Source: an uncultured Anaerolineales bacterium
GTDB lineage: Bacteria > Chloroflexota > Anaerolineae > UBA1429
Reading direction: 5' to 3'
Length of the DNA: 64,000 bases
Assembly (NCBI GenBank): GCA_964651255.1
Contig: CAZYWU010000002.1
Location: 16,038 to 80,037 of the forward strand
Both the position numbers and the translations under genes were made by a program. This document shows, piece after piece, positions 57,010 through 64,000 of this stretch. The notes under the pieces were generated by a model, which worked only from the letters and a program-made list of their open reading frames with translations, had not been told where the DNA came from and ran no database searches. Position 1 is the first letter of the stretch. Every line of letters begins with the position of its first letter.

Positions 57010-57118
57010 GAGAGCCCCTTTCCAGCAGTCGCATCTGGCTGGCGAGGGTATACCATAAAGCCCGCCTCGTCACAAACGCCAGCGCGCCTCAGGCTGGCTC
57101 GCGCAGGCATTTGACAGC

Positions 57119-57148
57119 GCCCGGGTGGGCGGCTATCTTTCTACGCGG
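57119..57148 (+). promoter_or_regulatory. Sigma70-like promoter (TTGACA-17-TATCTT) in the etfB / enolase-family divergent region
   Basis: Hexamers seen ~200 nt upstream of the 57351 ATG. Confidence 0.35.
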
Positions 57149-57350
57149 TCAATAGAGATGCTGGCGGATGAAGGGGTCTTGCCTCCTGGTTGTGGGCCCA
57201 CCCACGGCCACTGTCACCGAATCACGCAGAATGGCGGTACCCCAGATCCAGTGTATGCATCCAGCGTACGCATCAAGCATACGCGATGGCGTTGAGTGCG
57301 ATGCCGCCCCCAACAATAGCAGGGCTAGAAAGCAGGAGGAGCCGAAAGAC

Positions 57351-58469
57351 ATGTGGATTGAAAAAGTCCAAACGTATCTCGTGAATGCGAACATATTGCA
57401 GCGGGCGGACCGCCCGCGCGGGCGCAACTGGTTGTTCACCAAGATCAGCACCTATGAGGGTGTCGAGGGCATCGGAGAGGGCAGCGGCTGGCCAGAGGTG
57501 GTGCAAAAGGGCATCGAGGAACTGTCAGGTGCCCTGTATCGCGAGGAGCCATACCATACCGAACGCGTATGGCAAAAGCTCTACCGCGCACTGCATGCAC
57601 ACGGACTGACTGGCGCGGTGCGGGGCGGTGTCATCAGCGCTATCGACATCGCACTGTGGGACATCAAAGCCAAAAACATGGGGGTTCCCATTTATGATCT
57701 GCTGGGTGGCCCCATCAACCGCAAGATTCGCATCTATGGCCACGCCGACACCGTCAAGGAGGCCCGCGCTCTGGTAGAGAAGGGCTACACGGCCTTCAAG
57801 TGCAAGCCCGATGTGACACTGCTGGCCGAGCTTCGGGAGGCCCTTGGCCCGAGCATCGAGATCGGTGTGCATTGCCACGGCGAGTTTTCGCCCGCAGAGG
57901 CGCTCACACTCTCTGAGGACATTCGCCCATACAAGCCCATGTTCCTGGAAGAGCCGACTAATCCCGACGACCTCCAGGCGTTAAAGTGGCTGGGCGAACG
58001 CACGCGCGTGCCGCTGGCGGCGGGCGAGCGGTTGTTCTCCAAATGGGGATTCCGCGAGCTGTTGGAGACGCGCGCCATAGCCATCGCCCAACCGGAAATC
58101 ACGCGTATCGGCGGTATCACCGAAGCGAAAAAGATCGCGACCCTGTGCGAGGCCTTTAATGTCATGCTCGCGCCTCACGATGGGTCCACGGGTCCCATTG
58201 CCGAGATGGCCAATCTGCATGTCCTGGCCACCACACCCAGCTGCCTCTTCCTGGAGCACCGCGCACGCGACGTCTTCTGGCGGCGTGAGGTCGTCAAGGG
58301 CGTGCTGCTCGATCGTGATGGATACATCACCCTGGGAAACAAGCCCGGCCTTGGCCTGGAACTGGATGAGGAAGCCCTGGCCAAGTATCCGACCAAGCTA
58401 TATGGCGATTTCAACTATGAGTATGAGGACGAGATCGCCATCAACCGGCGCCGCAAGGGTACCGACTAG
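57351..58469 (+). CDS. Enolase-superfamily (mandelate racemase/muconate-lactonizing) enzyme, likely sugar-acid dehydratase
   Basis: N-terminal capping domain plus TIM barrel with KxK and metal-ligand D/E/D pattern (AIDIALWDIKAK; EEP; AQPE). AGGAGGAG RBS before the ATG at 57351. Confidence 0.8.
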   Translation: MWIEKVQTYLVNANILQRADRPRGRNWLFTKISTYEGVEGIGEGSGWPEVVQKGIEELSGALYREEPYHTERVWQKLYRALHAHGLTGAVRGGVISAIDIALWDIKAKNMGVPIYDLLGGPINRKIRIYGHADTVKEARALVEKGYTAFKCKPDVTLLAELREALGPSIEIGVHCHGEFSPAEALTLSEDIRPYKPMFLEEPTNPDDLQALKWLGERTRVPLAAGERLFSKWGFRELLETRAIAIAQPEITRIGGITEAKKIATLCEAFNVMLAPHDGSTGPIAEMANLHVLATTPSCLFLEHRARDVFWRREVVKGVLLDRDGYITLGNKPGLGLELDEEALAKYPTKLYGDFNYEYEDEIAINRRRKGTD

Positions 58470-58519
58470 ACGGCATAGAGCCCGGTGGCGGGCGGCGACA
58501 GAGCCGCCCGCTTTCCATT

Positions 58520-59527
58520 TCAGGGTTGCTGGGCCTGAACCGTCTGAATAAACGCCACGATGTTCTCCGGCGGCACATCCCTCGGAATCGCATGGGTGGG
58601 GGCTACGATATAGCCGCCGTCGCGCCCGATGCGCTTGATCATGTCTCGGATATGGTCGGGCAGATCATGTGCCGCGATGCGAGGAAGCACCTGCTGCGTG
58701 CTGATGCCCCCGTAAAAGGTAAGGTCCTTGCCGTACTCGCGCTTGCACCAGTCGACATCCATCACCTCGGGCTGGAAGGTGTTAAAGATATCGAGACCCA
58801 TCTCGATGAGGTCCGGGAACAGAGACTGGACATCGCCGCACGAGTGCTGCATCACATACTTGCCGGCCGCTTTGACGCGGCTGTACATGATCGCCACGCG
58901 AGGCCGGATGAACCGTCGCCACAGCCTGGGCCCCATGATTAGACCGCGCTGCTGTCCCCAGTCGTCTCCAAAGTAGATGCAATCCACGGGGAACGTCAGC
59001 ATGTGGTCCAGCACCGTCAGGTTGTACTCGAGTATGCGGTCCAGCAGGGCATCTACAAAAGAGGGGTTGTCGAGCATATCCATCAGCAGAGCTTCCATGC
59101 CCCTCAACGTCCAGGCTCGCTCAAACATTGAGAATCCGATTTCGCCGACCGTAAACCGATCCGGATTCTCGCGCAGCAGCGCACTCAGGCCTTGCGCGTT
59201 GCGCTCGAGATCGGGCGCTGGAAAGCTATACCGTGACAGGTCGGGCTCAGCCAGATGGTACGCGTCAACATTGCCGATATCGCGGTCGATGGTGCGGTTC
59301 CACACGATTCCAAACTGGTCTCGCCAAAAGCCGGGCCGGACCTCCTCAAACCAGCCATCGCTGTATGCGGCGAGATGATTGCCCATCTTGCTGGCGAAGT
59401 CTGGATCGTTGAGGTACGCTGCTGTCTGATCGTGGGAGTCGGCTGTGAGATTGATCTGCCACGGGGTGACATCGGGCTGCTCGTGGCACAGTGCTTTCAG
59501 GACGCGATCTCTCGGGGTAATGCTCAC
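58520..59527 (-). CDS. Uroporphyrinogen decarboxylase (URO-D) family protein
   Basis: MSITPRDRVLKAL...DWGQQRGLIMGPRLWRRFIRP. GTG start at 59527 with AAGGAG 8 nt upstream; the 34-aa ORF-track extension is unlikely. Confidence 0.7.
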   Translation of the reverse strand: MSITPRDRVLKALCHEQPDVTPWQINLTADSHDQTAAYLNDPDFASKMGNHLAAYSDGWFEEVRPGFWRDQFGIVWNRTIDRDIGNVDAYHLAEPDLSRYSFPAPDLERNAQGLSALLRENPDRFTVGEIGFSMFERAWTLRGMEALLMDMLDNPSFVDALLDRILEYNLTVLDHMLTFPVDCIYFGDDWGQQRGLIMGPRLWRRFIRPRVAIMYSRVKAAGKYVMQHSCGDVQSLFPDLIEMGLDIFNTFQPEVMDVDWCKREYGKDLTFYGGISTQQVLPRIAAHDLPDHIRDMIKRIGRDGGYIVAPTHAIPRDVPPENIVAFIQTVQAQQP

Positions 59528-59647
59528 CTTGTGGCTCCTTTCGTCTCGCGTGATCGCCACCCGAACATTGTAGCCGATGAGCGGAACAGATGCACGCAAT
59601 GTATGTGCAATCCGTGGAAATTGGTCCAATCTGGGGCCAAAAACCTA

Positions 59648-59675
59648 TTGACATTCTGACATTTCTTGTTATACT
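59648..59675 (+). promoter_or_regulatory. Sigma70-like promoter (TTGACA-16-TATACT)
   Basis: Perfect -35 and near-consensus -10, first of two promoters in the 390-nt region upstream of sigA. Confidence 0.35.
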
Positions 59676-59793
59676 TTCACTTTAGTACTCCATGGCCGTA
59701 TGGCTATGGCTGGCCGGCACAGCATACAGGCGGTTCAGCCAAACAGCCTTTTGGGCTGCGTTCTTGGGATCCCAAGCCTGTAGCCAATACCTG

Positions 59794-59823
59794 TTGACAT
59801 ATTACGGCGCATATGCTATTCTA
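59794..59823 (+). promoter_or_regulatory. Sigma70-like promoter (TTGACA-18-TATTCT) carrying the GGCGCATATGCTATTCT block
   Basis: Second promoter; faces a downstream terminator hairpin before sigA. Confidence 0.4.
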
Positions 59824-59906
59824 TAGTCACAGCCGGGTGATAGGGATTCAGCGCAGTCCCTACGGATACGCGCGGTAAGTCTCACACGCAAGCCTCGGCT
59901 TGCTCT

Positions 59907-59935
59907 AATGGCGCCGGTGGCTTGAGCTCGGCGTT
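59907..59935 (+). terminator. Rho-independent terminator/attenuator (CGCCG-12nt-CGGCG-TTTTTTG) ~85 nt upstream of the sigA start
   Basis: 5-6 bp GC stem plus T6 run on the plus strand; cannot serve the upstream minus-strand gene. Confidence 0.45.
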
Positions 59936-60017
59936 TTTTGTTTGTATCACCGTGAGTCAGGTGGGGGCCTGATGGGCGGTGCCAGGTTGATGTCTGGATG
60001 GGGGGATTTGTATTTCA

Positions 60018-61268
60018 ATGTCTACAGAGATGGATGAAAAAGCCCAGGCGACGATAGAGCCGCTCATGGCCAAGGCGGAGAAGCAGGGCTTTGTGACCTT
60101 GGACGATATCCTGGAGGTGTTCCCAGAGGCTGAGGACCACCTCGAGGCTCTCGAGGAGCTGTTTATCAGCCTGAGCGAAGAGGGCATTCAGGTCGTCTAC
60201 AAGGACGAGCCGGAGGAAGAGGACGTTGAGGCCGAGAGTGAGCCAGATGTCGTCAAGCCACAGAACGGCTCGGACAGCGAAGAGGCGCCGGATCTGCTTG
60301 CCGAGGAGCGTGAGGAGGAAGAGCAGGAGCCTGTCTCTTCCCCGCTCAGCGAGATCGCAAGTGACGATACGATCAGCCTCTACCTCAAGGAGATGGCTCG
60401 CGTGCCGCTGCTCACGGCGGAACAGGAAGTGAGTTTGTCCCGGGATTACGAGATTGGCCGACAGGCCAAAGAGCGCCTGGATGGTGACGAGGGAGAACTT
60501 TCCGAGGACGAAAAGGATGAGCTGTATCGTCTCGTCCAGCGCGGTGAGGCAGCGCGATCGCATATGATTCGCGCCAATACACGGCTTGTTGTGAGCATCG
60601 CCAAGCGTTACCTCGGGCAAGGCGTGCCATTCCTGGATCTGATCCAGGAGGGAAACCTCGGCCTGATCAAGGCTGTGGAAAAGTTCGACTATCACCGCGG
60701 TCACCGCTTTAGCACGTATGCGACCTGGTGGATTCGCCAGTCGATCACGCGCGCTCTGGCGGATCAAGGCCGCGTAATTCGACTGCCGGTGCATCTCAGC
60801 GATCGCATCCGCAAGGTTTATCAGGTTGCACAGCAACTCGAACAGGATTGGGGGCGCCAGCCCACCCCGGAGGAGATCGCGGAGGAACTGGGCTTGCCGG
60901 CGCAAAAGGTGCAGTGGATGCTCAAGGTCTCACAGCGGCCCTTGTCCCTGGAAAAGCCAGTGGGCGAGGAAGAGGACAGCGAATTGGGCAGCTTTATCCC
61001 GGATCGGGACACACCGACGCCCTCGGACACCGCGTATCTCTCGATGCTGCAAGACAAGCTGGAAAACGTCCTGACGACGCTCTCCCCGCGCGAAGCGCGC
61101 ATTCTTCGGCTCCGCTTCGGACTGCAGGACGGGCGCAGTTACACGCTGGAGGAGGTCGGCCACAAGTTTGGCCTGACTCGAGAGCGCATCCGGCAGATCG
61201 AACACGAGGCTTTGGACAGGTTGCGCCATCCGAGCCGCAGCCGCCAACTCCGCGACTATATGGTGTAG
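60018..61268 (+). CDS. rpoD: Primary RNA polymerase sigma factor (sigma-70 / SigA)
   Basis: Acidic region 1.1, [35 protein letters not shown] (region 2), [22 protein letters not shown] (region 4.2). Confidence 0.95.
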   Translation: MSTEMDEKAQATIEPLMAKAEKQGFVTLDDILEVFPEAEDHLEALEELFISLSEEGIQVVYKDEPEEEDVEAESEPDVVKPQNGSDSEEAPDLLAEEREEEEQEPVSSPLSEIASDDTISLYLKEMARVPLLTAEQEVSLSRDYEIGRQAKERLDGDEGELSEDEKDELYRLVQRGEAARSHMIRANTRLVVSIAKRYLGQGVPFLDLIQEGNLGLIKAVEKFDYHRGHRFSTYATWWIRQSITRALADQGRVIRLPVHLSDRIRKVYQVAQQLEQDWGRQPTPEEIAEELGLPAQKVQWMLKVSQRPLSLEKPVGEEEDSELGSFIPDRDTPTPSDTAYLSMLQDKLENVLTTLSPREARILRLRFGLQDGRSYTLEEVGHKFGLTRERIRQIEHEALDRLRHPSRSRQLRDYMV

Positions 61269-61278
61269 CTATCGGTTG

Positions 61279-61320
61279 CGCCCGCACAGCCTCCGACGGA
61301 GGCTGTGCGGGCGTATTTGT
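61279..61320 (+). terminator. Rho-independent terminator after sigA (15-bp stem CGCCCGCACAGCCTC / GAGGCTGTGCGGGCG, loop CGAC, then TATTTGTTTGG)
   Basis: Perfect long stem starting 11 nt after the stop, followed by a T-rich tract. Confidence 0.7.
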
Positions 61321-61344
61321 TTGGGGTGAACTCCACACGCGATG

Positions 61345-61373
61345 TTGTCACCCAAGGGCGCATATGTTATACT
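61345..61373 (+). promoter_or_regulatory. Sigma70-like promoter (TTGTCA-17-TATACT) for purA, carrying GGCGCATATGTTATACT
   Basis: Hexamers seen; leaves a ~160-nt 5' UTR before the purA ATG at 61538. Confidence 0.5.
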
Positions 61374-61537
61374 CCGGCCGTCGACGATCATCAGATCGCA
61401 CGCAAGACAGCGGCGTCTCGTGCCTGCACCAGATCAGCATCCGGTGCTCAGTGTACGGGGCGCCTTTCGCTTGTAGCGCGGCGCACAGTATATCTGAAAC
61501 CAGAGTTCATCCATTGTTCTTTCCATGAGGAGGCAAG

Positions 61538-62824
61538 ATGCCCGTAACCATCGTGCTCGGCGCCCAGTGGGGTGATGAGGGCAAAGGCAAGATCACCGAT
61601 CACCTGGCTGAGCGTGCAGCGATGGTGGTGAGGTATCAGGGCGGCACCAATGCCGGCCATACCATTGTATCCGGCGAGACGGTGCTCAAGCTGCATCAGG
61701 TGCCATCTGGCATCACGCGACCGCACGTGGCAGCCGTGATGGCTCATGGCATGGTGATCACCCCCCCTGCTCTGCTTGAAGAGCTCGCCATGCTGCACGA
61801 CCAGGGAATCAGCACGGAAAACCTGCACATCAGTGGCAATGCGCACCTGGTCATGCCCTATCATCTGGCCTTTGATGCGCTCGAAGAAGAGCAACGGGGG
61901 GAACACGCTCTGGGGACCACCAGGCGCGGGATTGGACCGGCCTACGCAGACAAGTACCGACGACGCGGCCTGCGAATGCAGGACTTGATGGATCGCGACA
62001 GATTCGCGAGGCGCGTGAGCGAGGCCCTCGTCAGCGTCAATGCCGAACTGCAGGGGCTGTACGATCATCCCGGATTCACCGTAGACGAGATCGTGAGCGC
62101 CTATGAGCCTTGCCGTGAGGCCCTGGCACCGTACGTCACTGATACCGCGCAGCTCATCCACAGCTATCTTGCTGAGGGCAGGCCGGTGCTGCTGGAGGGC
62201 GCTCAGGCAACGATGCTGGACATCGACTTTGGGACCTACCCTTTTGTGACGTCATCCTCGCCTACAGCAGGGGGCGCCTGCCAGGGATCGGGCATCAGCC
62301 CGCTGGACGTGGACGAGATCGTGGGTGTAGTCAAAGCCTACACATCGCGCGTCGGCACAGGCCCTTTCCCCACCGAGCTCTTTGATGAGATCGGTGACTG
62401 GATCGTCACGCAGGGAAATGAGTACGGAACAACCACCGGACGCCGCCGGCGTTGCGGGTGGATCGATGTGGTCAGCTTGAGATATGCCGCGCAGGTCAAT
62501 GGCTTTTCTGGTCTGGCGCTCACACGGCTGGATGTCCTGACGGGCCTGAACGAGCTGCGAATCTGCACTGGCTATCGCCTGCCAGACGGCACGCTGACCG
62601 ATGTCTATCCGACTGATCCCGAGCTTCTGACGCGTGTGGAAGCAGAGTACGAGACGCTTCCCGGATGGGAAGAAGACATCAGCCACCTGCGCACGATTGA
62701 AGAGCTGCCCGAGACCACCCGGGCATACTGTGAAAGAGTATCGGAGTTAGTCGGGGTGCCAATTTCGCTGATCTCCGTAGGCGCAGAGCGCCAGGATCTG
62801 ATCGCTCTGCGCTGGCCGATCTAG
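61538..62824 (+). CDS. purA: Adenylosuccinate synthetase
   Basis: VLGAQWGDEGKGKITD P-loop, GGTNAGHTI, TTRRGIGPAY, GTTTGRRRRCGW canonical PurA motifs. GAGGAGG RBS. Confidence 0.95.
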   Translation: MPVTIVLGAQWGDEGKGKITDHLAERAAMVVRYQGGTNAGHTIVSGETVLKLHQVPSGITRPHVAAVMAHGMVITPPALLEELAMLHDQGISTENLHISGNAHLVMPYHLAFDALEEEQRGEHALGTTRRGIGPAYADKYRRRGLRMQDLMDRDRFARRVSEALVSVNAELQGLYDHPGFTVDEIVSAYEPCREALAPYVTDTAQLIHSYLAEGRPVLLEGAQATMLDIDFGTYPFVTSSSPTAGGACQGSGISPLDVDEIVGVVKAYTSRVGTGPFPTELFDEIGDWIVTQGNEYGTTTGRRRRCGWIDVVSLRYAAQVNGFSGLALTRLDVLTGLNELRICTGYRLPDGTLTDVYPTDPELLTRVEAEYETLPGWEEDISHLRTIEELPETTRAYCERVSELVGVPISLISVGAERQDLIALRWPI

Positions 62825-62884
62825 CGACCCCGTAGCTGCCTGCTCCCCTGAGCAGGCGGCGCTGCTTACTGCGTTGGAGGATGT

Positions 62885-64000
62885 ATGGGCGGAATAGACG
62901 ACAAGTTTCCAGAAGCACTGACTTTTGACGATGTCCTGCTCGTACCGGGCTTTTCGGAGGTGCTGCCCGACGCCGTCGATGTGTCCACGACACTGACACC
63001 GAAGATACGCCTCGCCATCCCCATCCTGTCCGCAGCCATGGACACGGTGACAGAGGCCAGATTGGCCATTGCACTCGCCCGCGAAGGCGGACTGGGCATC
63101 ATCCATCGCAATTGCTCCATCGAGGAGCAGGTCGCTGAAGTAGACAAGGTCAAGCGCAGCGAATCGGGAATGATCGTGGACCCAATCACCCTGCCGCCGA
63201 CCGCCACCCTCGGCGACGCCAAGAGCCTTATGGCGTACTATCACATCTCGGGTGTGCCCATCACCGAGGGTACGCGTCTCGTAGGTATCCTGACCAACCG
63301 GGATATTCGATTCGCCACCGATGACTCTCGCCCGGTGACCGAACTGATGACCTCCAGGAATCTCATTACGGCGCCGATCGGCACCACCCTGGACGAGGCG
63401 CAGGACATCCTGCAGCAGCATCGCATCGAAAAACTGCCTCTGGTGGATGACGACTTTAACCTCAAGGGGCTGATCACCGTCAAGGATATCCAGAAGAAGC
63501 GCGACTATCCCAACGCATCCTCCGACGCCGGCGGACGTCTCCTCGTAGGAGCTGCTATCGGCGTTGGTGCGGACTATATGGAGCGTGCGACCGCGCTGGT
63601 CAAGGCGGGCGTCGACATGCTGGCACTGGACACGGCTCACGGCCATTCGGCCATGGTGCTCCGCGCAACTACGCAGATTCGCGAGACATTCCCTGATATC
63701 TCCATCTCTGCAGGAAACGTGGTGACCGCCGAAGGGACGCGCGACCTGATCCGTGCCGGCGCGGACGTGATCAAAGTTGGCGTGGGTGCTGGCTCCATCT
63801 GCACAACGAGAGTTGTGACGGGTTGCGGTATGCCGCAGCTCACCGCAATCACCGAATGTGCCCAGGCCGCGGCTGAGTTCGATATTCCTGTTGTCGCTGA
63901 CGGCGGCATCCGCTATTCGGGCGACATCGTCAAAGCCCTGGCCGCCGGCGCCCGTGCAGTCATGCTGGGCAGCATGCTTGCGGGCGTGGACGAGAGCCCG
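62885..64000 (+). CDS. guaB: IMP dehydrogenase, N-terminal part (continues beyond window)
   Basis: FDDVLLVPG, tandem CBS domains, [11 protein letters not shown] (catalytic Cys loop), open to the window end. Confidence 0.9.
   Translation, partial: MGGIDDKFPEALTFDDVLLVPGFSEVLPDAVDVSTTLTPKIRLAIPILSAAMDTVTEARLAIALAREGGLGIIHRNCSIEEQVAEVDKVKRSESGMIVDPITLPPTATLGDAKSLMAYYHISGVPITEGTRLVGILTNRDIRFATDDSRPVTELMTSRNLITAPIGTTLDEAQDILQQHRIEKLPLVDDDFNLKGLITVKDIQKKRDYPNASSDAGGRLLVGAAIGVGADYMERATALVKAGVDMLALDTAHGHSAMVLRATTQIRETFPDISISAGNVVTAEGTRDLIRAGADVIKVGVGAGSICTTRVVTGCGMPQLTAITECAQAAAEFDIPVVADGGIRYSGDIVKALAAGARAVMLGSMLAGVDESP

Noticed and set aside
61374-61537. Riboswitch (e.g. ZTP/purine) in the 160-nt purA 5' UTR
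   Set aside because: No recognisable conserved riboswitch core sequences by eye; purA is not a typical riboswitch target; left as an unexplained long leader only.

Overview
High-GC (~65%) bacterial chromosome segment, densely coding, with a gene repertoire typical of Chloroflexota-like organisms: an archaeal-type mevalonate module with a DUF35 scaffold, GT-C membrane proteins, bactofilin, DUF2085, DUF4013 and DUF4446. Order from 5' to 3': metK 3' end; a GDP-D-rhamnose/glycan locus (rmd-like, gmd, phosphomannomutase, TatD, GT2, GT4, two large GT-C-like membrane proteins with tandem C-terminal repeat domains); a DUF2089/GNAT/SHOCT-like cassette; HAD-membrane fusion, bactofilin, DUF4446 and a RarA fused to a methyltransferase-like domain; DUF2085 and DUF4013; HMG-CoA reductase, HMG-CoA synthase, thiolase and DUF35; a uxuA-like gene; guaA; an NHL-repeat membrane protein; tsaD; gene debris followed by selA. 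A minus-strand envelope operon follows: GT4, WecB/TagA GT26, a DUF2207-like membrane protein with a C-terminal (HSAC)n Cys/His repeat tail, an RRE-radical SAM-SPASM enzyme, a 61-bp tandem repeat, a coiled-coil protein, a Zn-ribbon membrane protein and an HExxH lipoprotein. Then mevalonate kinase; tungsten-type aldehyde:ferredoxin oxidoreductase; ADH; sugar-phosphate isomerase; phosphofructokinase; FAD oxidoreductase; DegT aminotransferase; SDR; EtfAB with a ferredoxin-fused EtfA; an enolase-superfamily dehydratase; a UroD-like protein; rpoD/sigA; purA; guaB 5' end. No rRNA, tRNA, CRISPR array or clear mobile element was seen. The most unusual signal is the radical SAM/SPASM maturase-like gene, which sits 5 nt downstream of the stop codon of a membrane-protein gene that ends in eleven tandem Cys-His repeats encoded by a 12-nt DNA repeat, followed by a 61-bp tandem repeat that carries hairpin+SD+ATG units. 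Manually indexed coordinates (promoters, hairpins, repeats) may be off by 1-2 nt; CDS coordinates follow the ORF track.
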